Assembly (NCBI GenBank): GCA_035548835.1 | Contig: DASZSB010000086.1 | Coordinates: 5,094-69,093 of the forward strand | DNA from: Gammaproteobacteria bacterium | Lineage (GTDB): Bacteria > Pseudomonadota > Gammaproteobacteria > Steroidobacterales > Rariloculaceae | Length of the DNA: 64,000 bases | Direction of reading: 5' to 3' | Shown here: positions 16,740 through 26,261 of the stretch, in pieces | Layout of the letters: every line of letters starts with the position of its first letter | Position numbering within the stretch: position 1 is the stretch's first letter | Notes under the pieces: model-generated | What the model was told of the DNA's origin: nothing | The model's input: only the letters and a program-made list of their open reading frames with translations | Database searches by the model: none | Translations under genes and position numbers: made by a program

Positions 16740-17624
16740 GTGCTCTGGGTGCTCACGACGCTGATCGCCGCGGTCGCGCAGACGGCGCGCAACGCGATGC
16801 AGAGCAGCCTCACGGCGACGCTCGGCACGCTCGGTGCGACGCAGGTGCGATTCGTCTACGGTCTACCGTTCGCCGTGCTGTTCCTGATCGCGATGACCGC
16901 GTTCGCGCACGCGCACGTGCCGCCGCCCACGGGCAGGTTCCTGGCGTTCGCGGTGCTGGGCGGGCTCGCGCAGATCGCGGGCACGGCGTTCCTGCTCGCC
17001 GCGATGCAGGCGCGCTCGTTCTCGGTCGCGACCGCGCTCAGCAAGACCGAGGCGGTGCAGGTGGCGCTGTTTGGCTTCGCAGTGCTCGGCGACGCGCTGA
17101 CGGCCTCGCGCGCGGCCGCGATCGTGATCGCCACGGCCGGCGTGGTGATCATGGCCGTGCGGCCCGATCAGGCGTGGAACCGGAGCCTGAAGCCCGCGCT
17201 GCTCGGCATCCTGTCGGGGGGCTTCTTCGCGCTCGCGTCCGTGAGCTTTCGGGGCGCCATCATCGCGCTGCCGGACGCGCCCTTCTTCCTGCGCGCGACG
17301 ACGGCACTGGTGTGGTCGCTCGGCATTCAGGTCGCCGTGCTCGGCGTGTGGCTCGCGATCACGAACCGCGAAGCGCTGCTGCGCAGCCTCGCGGTGTGGC
17401 GCCAGTCGCTGACCGCCGGGTTCATGAGCGCGTTCGCATCGCAGCTCTGGTTCCTCGGCTTTTCACTGACCGCGGCCGCGAACGTCCGCACGCTGGCGCT
17501 CGTGGAGGTGGTGCTGGCCCAGGCCGTGTCGCGGCGGCTGTTCGGCCAGACGGCGGCGCCGCGCGAGCTCGCGGGCATGGCGCTCGTCGTGGCCGGGGTC
17601 GCCTGGCTGCTCGTGGCGGCCTGA
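16740..17624 (+). CDS. EamA/DMT-family transporter
   Basis: About 294 aa and 10 TM helices. GTG start chosen 6 nt after the upstream stop; an in-frame ATG (NAMQSS) is an alternative. Confidence 0.65.
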   Translation: MLWVLTTLIAAVAQTARNAMQSSLTATLGTLGATQVRFVYGLPFAVLFLIAMTAFAHAHVPPPTGRFLAFAVLGGLAQIAGTAFLLAAMQARSFSVATALSKTEAVQVALFGFAVLGDALTASRAAAIVIATAGVVIMAVRPDQAWNRSLKPALLGILSGGFFALASVSFRGAIIALPDAPFFLRATTALVWSLGIQVAVLGVWLAITNREALLRSLAVWRQSLTAGFMSAFASQLWFLGFSLTAAANVRTLALVEVVLAQAVSRRLFGQTAAPRELAGMALVVAGVAWLLVAA

Positions 17625-17636
17625 GCCAGTGGCCGG

Positions 17637-18194
17637 CTAATTGCCCGTTCGCACGTAACCCTTCATCTGCAGGTTCAGCATCGACGTCATGGCCCAGAGG
17701 TCGATCTGGATGTCCGGGTTCACGTCGGCGGCCGCGATCTTGCGGCTGTCGAGCGCCTGACCGCAGGCCCGGAACTGCACGCCCGCGGCCTTGAGGTCCC
17801 GGATCAGCGCGACGTTCGGGTTGTCCTTGCCGTGACGGGCCTTGAACGCCGCGTTCGTCATCGTGATGTCGAAGTCGGGGTTGCGCTGGTGGAACATCAC
17901 GATCAGGTGCCGCTTCTCGGCCGGTACGCCGTACTTCGCGAGCGTGTTCACGTAGCGGGCGAGCTGCGCAAGCGTGGGATTGACCTCGGCGGTCATGTCC
18001 ATGGCGCCACTGCCGATCGAGAAGACCACCTTGTAGTCGATGGTCGGGTCCGGCAGTTCGTGCGCGCCCGGCACGTCGTGCGCGGCGGGGTAGCCCGGCA
18101 CCGGCAGCGGAGCCGCGGATTCGGCGGCGAACGCGGACGCGGCTGAGCCCAAGGTCAGGATGGCGATGGCGGCAAGGGCCGTGGACGTCTTCAT
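17637..18194 (-). CDS. DsrE/DsrF-like family protein with a signal peptide
   Basis: 185 aa. MKTSTALAAIAILTLGSAASAFA is the signal peptide. The Rossmann-like core has ACGQAL. The family call is from memory of DsrE-like proteins. Confidence 0.55.
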   Translation of the reverse strand: MKTSTALAAIAILTLGSAASAFAAESAAPLPVPGYPAAHDVPGAHELPDPTIDYKVVFSIGSGAMDMTAEVNPTLAQLARYVNTLAKYGVPAEKRHLIVMFHQRNPDFDITMTNAAFKARHGKDNPNVALIRDLKAAGVQFRACGQALDSRKIAAADVNPDIQIDLWAMTSMLNLQMKGYVRTGN

Positions 18195-18413
18195 GCGTGT
18201 TCCCCTCTCGATTCGGCGTGTTCCGGCCGTTCCCCTTGTGTACGCAGCGGACCCGCTGCGGCTGCGGACGGCGCCGGATGACTATGCCACAAGCCGCCGC
18301 TGATAGGAGCGCCGGCCCGGCGCGGCCACGGGAGCGTGCGCCGCGTCCCGGAGCCGGTGGCGCTCCTGTGGCATGCTTGCGCGTCAGTATCTGGCCCCGA
18401 CCCGCGAGTTCCA

Positions 18414-19430
18414 ATGAGCGCCGCCCAAAGAGACACCCACGTTCCGACCCGTCACACCCGTTTCGTCACGCTGCAGGGGCACATCCTCGAGCAGCAGGCC
18501 CACTACCCCGAGGCGTCGGGCACGTTCTCGTGGATCCTGTCGGCGCTGTCGATCTCCGCGAAAATGATCGCCGCGCACGTGCGCCGCGCGCGGCTCGACG
18601 ACGTGCTGGGCTCGGTCGGCAGCGAGAACGTCCAGGGCGAGCAGCAGCAGAAGCTCGACGTCATCGCGAACGAGATCCTGCTGCGCACGCTCGGCGGCCG
18701 GGATGGCGTGGCGATCGTGGCCTCGGAGGAGAACGAGGAGCCGGTCATCCTGCGCACAGGACTCGGCGGCGAGCAGAAGTACTGCGTGCTGTTCGATCCC
18801 CTCGACGGCTCTTCGAACCTGGACGTGTGCGGCGGCGTCGGCACGATCTTCAGCATCCTGCGTCAGGATCGCCGTTCGCAGCGCGCCGAGGATTCCTTGC
18901 TGCAGCCGGGCCTCAGGCAGGTGGCCGCGGGCTACGTGCTGTACGGGCCGTCGACGGTGTTCGCGCTGACGATCGGCCGCGGCGTGGATCTGTTTGTGCT
19001 CGATCCGGCGTATGGCGCGTTCATGCGCGTCGAGCAGGGCGTGCGCATCCCGCAGGCCAGCAAGAGCTACTCCCTGAACGAAGGCAATCGCAAGACGTTC
19101 CCGGAGGGCTATCAGCGCTATCTCGACTGGGCGCAGAGCGAGACGTACTCGAGCCGCTACGCCGGCGCGATGGTGGCCGATATCCACCGCATCCTGCTGA
19201 AGGGTGGCGTGTTCATGTATCCGCCGACGAAGAAGGCGCCGAACGGCAAGCTGCGCCTGATGTACGAGGCGAACCCGATGGCGATGCTCGCGGAGCAGGC
19301 CGGAGGGAAGGCGCTTGCGGCACCCGGTCAGCGGATTCTCGAGATCCAGCCGACCGACATCCACCAGCGCACGCCGGTCATCATCGGCAGCCCGGACGAG
19401 GTGGAGCACGTCGCGCGGCACCTCGCCTGA
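18414..19430 (+). CDS. fbp: Fructose-1,6-bisphosphatase class 1
   Basis: 338 aa from the internal ATG (MSAAQRD...). GEQQQKLDVIAN, FDPLDGSSNLD, YVLYGPST, GGVFMYP and LRLMYEANPMA are classic Fbp motifs. Confidence 0.9.
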   Translation: MSAAQRDTHVPTRHTRFVTLQGHILEQQAHYPEASGTFSWILSALSISAKMIAAHVRRARLDDVLGSVGSENVQGEQQQKLDVIANEILLRTLGGRDGVAIVASEENEEPVILRTGLGGEQKYCVLFDPLDGSSNLDVCGGVGTIFSILRQDRRSQRAEDSLLQPGLRQVAAGYVLYGPSTVFALTIGRGVDLFVLDPAYGAFMRVEQGVRIPQASKSYSLNEGNRKTFPEGYQRYLDWAQSETYSSRYAGAMVADIHRILLKGGVFMYPPTKKAPNGKLRLMYEANPMAMLAEQAGGKALAAPGQRILEIQPTDIHQRTPVIIGSPDEVEHVARHLA

Positions 19431-19452
19431 GCGAGACGCGGCGCGCGCCGTT

Positions 19453-20607
19453 TCAGCGGCGTTTCTTCCAGAGCTTCGCCGAGGCGAGCGCCGCGCCTTC
19501 GACGAGCGCGCCGAGCTTCTTGTACGCGATGCCGGGATCCACGCGCGAGTAGCCGGCGAACGTGCCGAAGCCGCAGTCCGTGCCCGCGATCACGCGCTCG
19601 CGGCCGACGATGTTCGCGTACTCGACGAGCTGCTGCGCGATCAGCCGCGGATGCTCGACGTAGTTCGACGTGGACATGATGCAGCCCGGGATCAGCACCT
19701 TGTCGTCCGGCAGCTTCGCGTTGCTCCAGACCTCGAGCTCGTGGCGATGGCGCGGGTTCGCGGCCTCGAACAGGATGCCGGCCGGCTTCGCCTTCAGCAC
19801 GATGTCGAGCACCTTCTCGAGCGCGATGTCGCAGTCGTGAGGGCCTTCGTAGTTGCCCCAGCAGATGTGCATGCGCATGCGGTCGGCCGGAATGTCGCGG
19901 ACCGCATGGTTCAGCGCTTCGACCTGGTAGGCGGCACGCTTCAGGAATTCGGCCTCGCCGAGCTCCTGGAAGCCGGTGTGCTTCGCCATCGCGAGATCGG
20001 GGCAGTCGAGCTGCAGCACGAAACCGGCCGCGACGATCGTGTCGTACTCGGGCTTCATGGCCGCCGCGATCGCGTCGACGTAGGCCTCGTGCGTCGGGTA
20101 GTAGCGGTTGCCCTGGAACGCCGACACCACGCCCGGCGACGCCGCGTTCATGAACGCCTCGACCGGCGGATGCGCCGCGATTGCGGCCGCGAGGTTGTCG
20201 ACGTCCGCCCGCATCGCGTCGCGGTCGACGAGCTCGACCGGACCGACGCAGGCGGCACGCTTGAACGACTGCTTGCCCATCATGCGCGCCATGGCTTCGC
20301 GGAATTCCGGGTACGGCTGCAGATCGAGGTGCGGCGGGCGCGGATAGTGGCCGTCGAAGCCGGACAGCCGGTCCTTGATATACGTGGCGTAGCCGACCTT
20401 GCTGGTCTCGCCGTCGCTGACGATATCGATGCCGACGGCGTTCTGCTTCGCGACGACCTCGGCCACGCCGGTACGCATCGTGGCGGCGAATGCGGCGCGG
20501 TCGTAGGACTCGCCGTTCTCCTTCCTGTAGAGGAAATCGACGACGGCGGCGCTGCGGGGCAGGCTGCCGACGTGCGTCGTCAGGATCCGGTCGGTCGAAA
20601 GCTGCAT
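19453..20607 (-). CDS. Cobalamin-independent methionine synthase II (MetE C-terminal-like) family protein
   Basis: 384 aa from MQLSTDRILTTHVGSLPR with AAGGAGA upstream. Motifs DGE, HICWGNYEGPH and TDCGFG are present. Confidence 0.8.
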   Translation of the reverse strand: MQLSTDRILTTHVGSLPRSAAVVDFLYRKENGESYDRAAFAATMRTGVAEVVAKQNAVGIDIVSDGETSKVGYATYIKDRLSGFDGHYPRPPHLDLQPYPEFREAMARMMGKQSFKRAACVGPVELVDRDAMRADVDNLAAAIAAHPPVEAFMNAASPGVVSAFQGNRYYPTHEAYVDAIAAAMKPEYDTIVAAGFVLQLDCPDLAMAKHTGFQELGEAEFLKRAAYQVEALNHAVRDIPADRMRMHICWGNYEGPHDCDIALEKVLDIVLKAKPAGILFEAANPRHRHELEVWSNAKLPDDKVLIPGCIMSTSNYVEHPRLIAQQLVEYANIVGRERVIAGTDCGFGTFAGYSRVDPGIAYKKLGALVEGAALASAKLWKKRR

Positions 20608-20778
20608 CGGGAATCTCCTTGTCGCGGCGCGTGGCGCCGCCGCCGCGGGGGCGCCATTGTGGCTCAGGGTCATGGCCAATTCGAGCGCCTGCTCGCATTG
20701 ACGCCTGTCGGCGGCGCGTGGTCTAGTGGCCGCGGGAAGACCGAACGGTTCGGGGGAACGGTGAAGGGTGTGGGTGGC

Positions 20779-21171
20779 ATGTTGTCGGGGCTCGTGAAGG
20801 ATTTCTTCGAACGCTGGCGCGAGGGCCGTCAGCACGCGGGCGGCGCGAGCGACAGCATGCGTTACGAGATCCTGCTCGAGGAACGCGAGCCGCTCGACCG
20901 CTGGACGCTGTGCACCGTGTGCTTGAACGTCGATCGCACGGCCGCCGTCATGCGGCGTCGCTGGCGTTGCTCGGATTGCGGCGTGGACACGAGCAACGAC
21001 ACGCAGCAGCCGCTGGTCTCGTATCTCGCCAGGACGCCCGCCGAGACCATCGAGAACAACCTGCGCGAGTGGAACAACGTGAAGGGTGCGCGCGCCGCGT
21101 ACAAGATGTTGCGCTCGGCCCGGTACAAGTGCCTGCTGACGCTGCAAAAGCGCGTCCAGCCCGAAAGTTAG
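20779..21171 (+). CDS. Small protein with a CxxC...CxxC zinc-ribbon-like motif
   Basis: 130 aa with CTVC...CSDC and GC-rich third positions. Ends 3 nt before the next gene. It is the 3' part of the artefactual ORF 19315..21171; GTG at 20761 is an alternative start. Confidence 0.5.
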   Translation: MLSGLVKDFFERWREGRQHAGGASDSMRYEILLEEREPLDRWTLCTVCLNVDRTAAVMRRRWRCSDCGVDTSNDTQQPLVSYLARTPAETIENNLREWNNVKGARAAYKMLRSARYKCLLTLQKRVQPES

Positions 21172-21174
21172 CGC

Positions 21175-21579
21175 ATGGCAGCGCTGACGGATCGCATCGA
21201 TCACATCGTGCTGACCGTGGCCGATATCGAGGCCACGACGCAGTTCTACGAGCGCGCGCTCGGATTCACGCGCGAGTTCTTCCGCGGGCCGGACGGCGCG
21301 CCGCGTTACGCGCTGAAGTTCGGACAGCAGAAGATCAACCTGCAGGATCGCGACACGCAGACGCCCACGAAGGCGCAGCGGCCGACGTTCGGCTCCGGCG
21401 ATTTCTGCCTGCTGGCGGCCGTGCCGCTCGACGACGTGATCGCGCACCTCGCGGCCGCGAACGTGCCGCTCGAGGCCGGTCCCGTGCCCCGCCGCGGCGC
21501 CATGGGCGCGCTCAAGTCGATCTACTTCCGCGACCCCGACGGCAACCTCGTCGAGGTGGCCGAGTACGTCGGCGAGTAG
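21175..21579 (+). CDS. VOC (glyoxalase/bleomycin-resistance/dioxygenase) family protein
   Basis: 134 aa. IDHIVLTVADIEATTQFYERALGF and YFRDPDGNLVE are typical VOC motifs. Confidence 0.8.
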   Translation: MAALTDRIDHIVLTVADIEATTQFYERALGFTREFFRGPDGAPRYALKFGQQKINLQDRDTQTPTKAQRPTFGSGDFCLLAAVPLDDVIAHLAAANVPLEAGPVPRRGAMGALKSIYFRDPDGNLVEVAEYVGE

Positions 21580-21588
21580 CGTCGCGCG

Positions 21589-23091
21589 CTACGGCGCTCC
21601 GTGGTGGGCGTGGCCGGCGTGCGGCTGCGCGGTCGCTGGCGCCGGCGGCGCGTTCGGATCGCGGATCACGAGATGCCCCATCATGCCGGCCTCCGCGTGG
21701 TCGAGGATGTGGCAATGGAACATCCACGTGCCGGGCCGCTCGTCGAAGCGCACGGCGAGCGTCAGCGCGGAATGCGTCGGCACGTTCACGGTGTCCTTCC
21801 ATTCGGGCACGCGGTCGGGGTCGAGCACCTGGAAGAAATAGCCGTGCAGGTGGAACGGGTGCGCGAAGTCGGTGTCGTTCTTGACGTGCCAGACCTGCGT
21901 TTCGCCGATCCTGCCTTCGAAGGGTTGTGCCTTCCAGAACGGAATGCCGTTGATACCCATCTCGACGTTGCCGCTGTTGATGGCGATCGTCAGGTTGATG
22001 TCGCGCTCGGTCGCGCCCGCGACGTCGATGGGCTCGATCCTGCGCAGCTCGGTCGGGATCGGCTCCGGCTTCACGGGCGCATCGGCCACGGTGTCGATCT
22101 TCAGCATGTCGACCGATGAACGGTTGAACGTGCTGCCATAGCCGCGTTCCGTCGGCACCCAGCGCAGCACGTCGTGGCTGCCGGGCGCGTCGGCGGGCGT
22201 GAACACGGCGTCGGCACGCTCGCCCGGCGTCACGAGCAGGTTGTAGGTATCGGTCGAGCGGGCCGCGAGGCCGTTGTCGCCGCCCAGGCGGATGAAGCGA
22301 TGATCGCGCAGCCGCAGGTTGTAGTAACGCGCGCGCGTGGCATTGATGATGCGCCAGCGCTGCTGCTTCCCCGCGCGCACCTTCAACGTGGGCAGCACCT
22401 TGCCGTTCACGAGCAGCACGGAGCCTTCGCGGCCGAACAGATCGCCGAAGCCGCCGCCGCTGTCGGCGGGCAGCATCTCCCCGTTATCGCCCAGGCTCAT
22501 GTCCGAGAGCAGCAGCACGAGATCGTCGCCGAATGCCTTCGGATCCTTCGGGTCCTCGACCACGATCGCGCCATACAGGCCGCGACCCACCTGCGCGGAG
22601 GAGTCGAAGTGCGGGTGGTACCAGTAGGTGCCGGCATCGCGCAGCGTGAACTCGTAGCGGAACTCGCCACCCGGCGGAATCGGGGCCTGTGTGGCGCCTG
22701 GCGCACCGTCCATGTCGTTCGGCACCCGCAGGCCGTGCCAATGGATCGTGGTCTCCTCCGGCAGCGAATTCTTGAAGTGCACGATCACGCGGTCGCCCAC
22801 CTGGCCGCGAATCAGCGGCCCCGGGATCTTGCCGTCGTAGGTCCACACGGTGGTCGTGTGCCCCGGCACGATCGTGAGCTCGGCCGGCTTGGCCTCGAGA
22901 TTGAACTCGAGCACGTGGGGATCGGGGTTCAGGTCCACGGGCTGCGGCATGGCGAGATCGTCCGCCCAGCCCGGCGGCTGGCTGACCTCGTGGGCGGCCT
23001 GCTGCACGGCGGGCGGCGCCGGCGGTCGCTCGCACCCGGAAAGGCCGGCGAAAGTCATGCAACCCACTGAAGCTGCGAGAAAAGTCTTCAA
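21589..23091 (-). CDS. Multicopper oxidase, probable lipoprotein
   Basis: Copper ligand motifs HWHG, WYHPH, HPFHLHG and HCHILDHAEAGMM. A TTG start gives MKTFLAASVGCMTFAGLSGC (lipobox); ATG at 23058 is the alternative. Tracked ORF 21589..25320 is an artefactual extension. Confidence 0.8.
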   Translation of the reverse strand: MKTFLAASVGCMTFAGLSGCERPPAPPAVQQAAHEVSQPPGWADDLAMPQPVDLNPDPHVLEFNLEAKPAELTIVPGHTTTVWTYDGKIPGPLIRGQVGDRVIVHFKNSLPEETTIHWHGLRVPNDMDGAPGATQAPIPPGGEFRYEFTLRDAGTYWYHPHFDSSAQVGRGLYGAIVVEDPKDPKAFGDDLVLLLSDMSLGDNGEMLPADSGGGFGDLFGREGSVLLVNGKVLPTLKVRAGKQQRWRIINATRARYYNLRLRDHRFIRLGGDNGLAARSTDTYNLLVTPGERADAVFTPADAPGSHDVLRWVPTERGYGSTFNRSSVDMLKIDTVADAPVKPEPIPTELRRIEPIDVAGATERDINLTIAINSGNVEMGINGIPFWKAQPFEGRIGETQVWHVKNDTDFAHPFHLHGYFFQVLDPDRVPEWKDTVNVPTHSALTLAVRFDERPGTWMFHCHILDHAEAGMMGHLVIRDPNAPPAPATAQPHAGHAHHGAP

Positions 23092-23400
23092 ACCCAAGCT
23101 CCGAAAATCGAACGCACCAGATTGGGGCAGTGTTGCCGCCGTGGCTGCCCCCAGCCATAGGTAATAGTACGTATACGATCGCAACACCGGATGCTGCCGG
23201 AGGTCCGGCGCCCCCGAGGCGGCGACCAAGCGGCGTGCCGGCTGCACGGCAACCCGTTCGCGTGCTACCTCGATGATCACTCGCCGCGGCGGCAGCGTCG
23301 CGCGGCGCTCGCGGCTGCATCGCCAAGCTCGACGGCGCCGCGGCCAGCTCCGATAATCGACCCGGGCTGCGCACGGGCGCTCGGTCGCGGGGGTAGCTAC

Positions 23401-23832
23401 ATGGCTTGGTGGAGTTGGGGCATCTTCGGCTTCGCGCTGCTCTTCCTCGAGCTCGTGGGCATCGACGCCCAGTTCTATCTCGTGTTCGCCGGTGTCGCCG
23501 CGATCGTCGTGGGGCTGCTCCAGCTGATCGGCCTTCCGCTGCCCGACTGGGCGCAGTGGATCGCGTTCGCGGTGCTGTCGCTGGTCGCGATGTTCACGAT
23601 CCGCAGGCAGGTCTACGAGAAGCTGCTGAGCAAGCCTGCCGGCAAGGTCAGCACGGACATCCACCAGCACGTCGTCATCGGTCAGAGTCTCGAGCCCGGC
23701 AGGTCGTGCCGCATCGAGTATCGAGGTACGGGCTGGACGGCCGTCAACGTCGGCAAGGATGCGATTCCTGCCGGCGGCGAGGCGCGGATCGAGTCGATCG
23801 ACGGGCTCACGTTGCACGTCAGGGCGCTCTAG
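23401..23832 (+). CDS. NfeD family membrane protein
   Basis: 143 aa with two or three TM helices and a C-terminal OB-like domain (IEYRGTGWTAVNV). Lies immediately upstream of an SPFH gene, the classic pairing. Confidence 0.75.
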   Translation: MAWWSWGIFGFALLFLELVGIDAQFYLVFAGVAAIVVGLLQLIGLPLPDWAQWIAFAVLSLVAMFTIRRQVYEKLLSKPAGKVSTDIHQHVVIGQSLEPGRSCRIEYRGTGWTAVNVGKDAIPAGGEARIESIDGLTLHVRAL

Positions 23833-23856
23833 GCGCGGGCACTTCAGGAGGGACGC

Positions 23857-24798
23857 ATGGATCAGGGGTTGTTGCTGTTGGTGCTCGTGGTCGCGGCGCT
23901 CGCGTTCACGATCCTGGTCAAGACCGCGGTCGTGGTGCCGCAGCAGAGCGCGTTCATCGTGGAGCGGCTCGGCCGGTACAGCAGCACGCTGAATGCCGGT
24001 TTCCACATCCTCGTGCCATTCGTCGAGCGCGTGGCCTACCGCCACAGCCTGAAGGAGGACGCGCTCGACATTCCCGAGCAGGTCTGCATCACGAAGGACA
24101 ACGTACAGGTGGGCATCGACGGCGTGCTGTACCTGCAGGTGCTCGACGCGGCACGCGCCTCGTACGGCATCTCGAATTACCACTTCGCGATTTCGCAGCT
24201 CGCCCAGACCACGCTGCGCAGCGAGATCGGCAAGATCGATCTCGACCGCACGTTCGAGGAGCGTTCCACGATCAATGCCAACGTCGTGACCGAGCTCGAC
24301 AAGGCTACCGAGCCCTGGGGCGTGAAGGTGCTGCGCTACGAGATCAAGAACATCAACCCCCCGCGCGACATCATCCAGGCCATGGAGAAGCAGATGCGGG
24401 CGGAGCGCGAGAAGCGCGCCCTGATCCTGACGTCCGAGGGTGAGCGCGACGCGAAGATCAATCAGGCCGAAGGCGAGAAGCAGCGCGTCATCAAGGAATC
24501 GGAAGCCGCGCGCCAGCGGCAGATCAACGAAGCGGCCGGCCAGGCCGAGGCCATCCTCGCGGTCGCGTCCGCCACGGCGGAAGGCCTGCGCCGCGTGGCC
24601 GAGGTCGTCAGCGCGCCCGGCGGCCGGGATGCCATGCAGTTGCGTGTGGCCGAGGAGTATGTGCAGCAGTTCGGCAACATGGCGCGCAGCAGCAATACGC
24701 TCGTCGTGCCGGCGAACGTCAGCGACATCGCCGGCATGATCGCGATGGCTACGAAGGTGTTCGAGCAGAGCCGGTCTGGCGCCGCTCCGCGAGCCTAG
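23857..24798 (+). CDS. SPFH/Band 7 (stomatin/paraslipin-like) protein
   Basis: 313 aa. N-terminal TM helix, then VVPQQSAFIVERLGRY, TKDNVQVGIDGVLY and a coiled-coil tail. Confidence 0.85.
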   Translation: MDQGLLLLVLVVAALAFTILVKTAVVVPQQSAFIVERLGRYSSTLNAGFHILVPFVERVAYRHSLKEDALDIPEQVCITKDNVQVGIDGVLYLQVLDAARASYGISNYHFAISQLAQTTLRSEIGKIDLDRTFEERSTINANVVTELDKATEPWGVKVLRYEIKNINPPRDIIQAMEKQMRAEREKRALILTSEGERDAKINQAEGEKQRVIKESEAARQRQINEAAGQAEAILAVASATAEGLRRVAEVVSAPGGRDAMQLRVAEEYVQQFGNMARSSNTLVVPANVSDIAGMIAMATKVFEQSRSGAAPRA

Positions 24799-25529
24799 CC
24801 CGACGTCGACGTCCCCGCGCTGACGCGGCCTTCGAGATAGGCGCGCCGCGTAGCGGGCGGCAGTTTCTCGATGGCGTAGCGCAACATCGTGCGCGGCATG
24901 CGCTGGCAGTGACGGTCGAGGAATCGCGCGGCCGCGCGGGCATCGCGATTGCCGATCTCCCGCAGCATCCAGCCGACGGCCTTGTGGATCAGATCCTGTG
25001 CGTCGTCCAGCAGCAGCTCCGCGATCGCGAGTGCGTCGGCGAAATCGCCGCGGCGGATGAACCGGAACGTGGCGAGCATCGCGACGCGCCGCTCCCAGAG
25101 ATCGGCGGAGCGCGCGAGCGCGTACAGCGGCTTGCGGCTGCGCTGCTCGAGGAAGCCGCCGACGATGGCGGGCGCCGAAGTGTCGACGAGATCCCAATTG
25201 TTCACGCCCCGGCGGATCGCCCGGACGTAGCGCGAATAGATCTGCTCGCGGCCGCGCTCGTCGGAGCGCTCGAACAGTGCGACGAGCAGCAGCAGGGCGA
25301 GCAGGCGTTCTTCGTGCCATGCCGAGCGCAACAGCGCGAACGCGGTGGTCGCAGTCGCCCCGCGGTGCTCGCGGGCGAGGCGACGCAGCATTGGCACCCG
25401 GATGCCGAGGAACCGGTCGCCTGCGCCGTATTCGCCGGGCCCGGTCTTGAAGAAGCGCACCGAGTGCGCGGCTGCGTTGGGGTCCTTGAGCGCGCGCAGC
25501 CGGGAACGGATCGTTGCGAGCTCGTTCAT
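24795..25529 (-). CDS. DNA alkylation repair (AlkD-like HEAT-repeat) protein
   Basis: 244 aa from MNELATIRSRL. Motifs FFKTGPGEYGAGDRFLGIRVP, NNWDLVDTSAP and LWERRVAM are present. Confidence 0.75.
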   Translation of the reverse strand: MNELATIRSRLRALKDPNAAAHSVRFFKTGPGEYGAGDRFLGIRVPMLRRLAREHRGATATTAFALLRSAWHEERLLALLLLVALFERSDERGREQIYSRYVRAIRRGVNNWDLVDTSAPAIVGGFLEQRSRKPLYALARSADLWERRVAMLATFRFIRRGDFADALAIAELLLDDAQDLIHKAVGWMLREIGNRDARAAARFLDRHCQRMPRTMLRYAIEKLPPATRRAYLEGRVSAGTSTSG

Positions 25530-25595
25530 GGTCGATGGGGTTGTTCGTGCCGTCTCGGCGGGAGGTGTCCCGGCCGAATGGTATGCTGCGCGCCG

Positions 25596-26261
25596 ATGAA
25601 AATCCTGCGCCGGTTGCGTCGCTGGTTCGGGCCAGACCCGAATCGTTTCCTGCGTTCCGTGCGCGGCGTAATTCACGTCGGTGCGAACGTCGGCCAGGAA
25701 CGCGAGCTGTACGCGCGTTACGGTCTCGACGTGCTGTGGATCGAGCCGATTCCCGAGGTGTTCGTCACGCTGCGTGCGAATCTCGAAGGCTTCCCGCGGC
25801 AGCGTGCGGTGCAGGCGCTGGTCACGGACCGCGACGGTCACGCGTACGAGTTCCACGTCGCGAGCAATGCGGGCGAGTCGTCGTCGATCCTCGAGCTCAA
25901 GCAGCACAGGGACGTGTGGCCGAAGGTCGCGTTCACGCGCTCGATCAACCTGCGGAGCGTGACGCTGCCGGCGCTGCTCGAGCGCGAGGGGATCGACCCC
26001 GGCCTCTACGATGCGCTGGTCATGGATACGCAGGGCTCGGAGCTGCTCGTGCTTGAGGGCGCGGAGCCGCTGCTGCCGCGGTTTGCGTACATCAAGACCG
26101 AGGTCCCGGATTTCGAGGCGTACGAGGGATGCGTGCAGCTTGCGGAGCTCACGGCGTTCCTCGCCGCCCGCGGCTACGCGGAGCTTGCCCGGCACCGGTT
26201 TGCGAGCCGGGCCGCCGGAGGCCACTACTACGACGTGGTCTACCGCCGGGCAACCGCCTAG
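25596..26261 (+). CDS. FkbM family methyltransferase
   Basis: 221 aa with VIHVGANVGQE, FHVASNAGESSSILE and MDTQGSELLVLEG. Confidence 0.75.
   Translation: MKILRRLRRWFGPDPNRFLRSVRGVIHVGANVGQERELYARYGLDVLWIEPIPEVFVTLRANLEGFPRQRAVQALVTDRDGHAYEFHVASNAGESSSILELKQHRDVWPKVAFTRSINLRSVTLPALLEREGIDPGLYDALVMDTQGSELLVLEGAEPLLPRFAYIKTEVPDFEAYEGCVQLAELTAFLAARGYAELARHRFASRAAGGHYYDVVYRRATA

Noticed and set aside
20608-20778. Cobalamin or SAM riboswitch in the 170-nt leader of the MetE-like gene. The leader contains GCGGCCACTAG and GCCACAATGG, and the opposite strand has GGGAAC-GGTGAA.
   Set aside because: The conserved blocks are split between strands and are incomplete. The plus-strand match overlaps the start of the 20779 ORF. 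I cannot build the canonical multi-stem junction. It is still worth a cmscan check.
23160-23185. CGTATACG palindrome in the A/T-rich patch upstream of the multicopper oxidase as a CueR/CopR operator.
   Set aside because: A single 8-bp palindrome with no resemblance to the MerR-type 19-20-bp spaced promoters I know. This is too weak to call.
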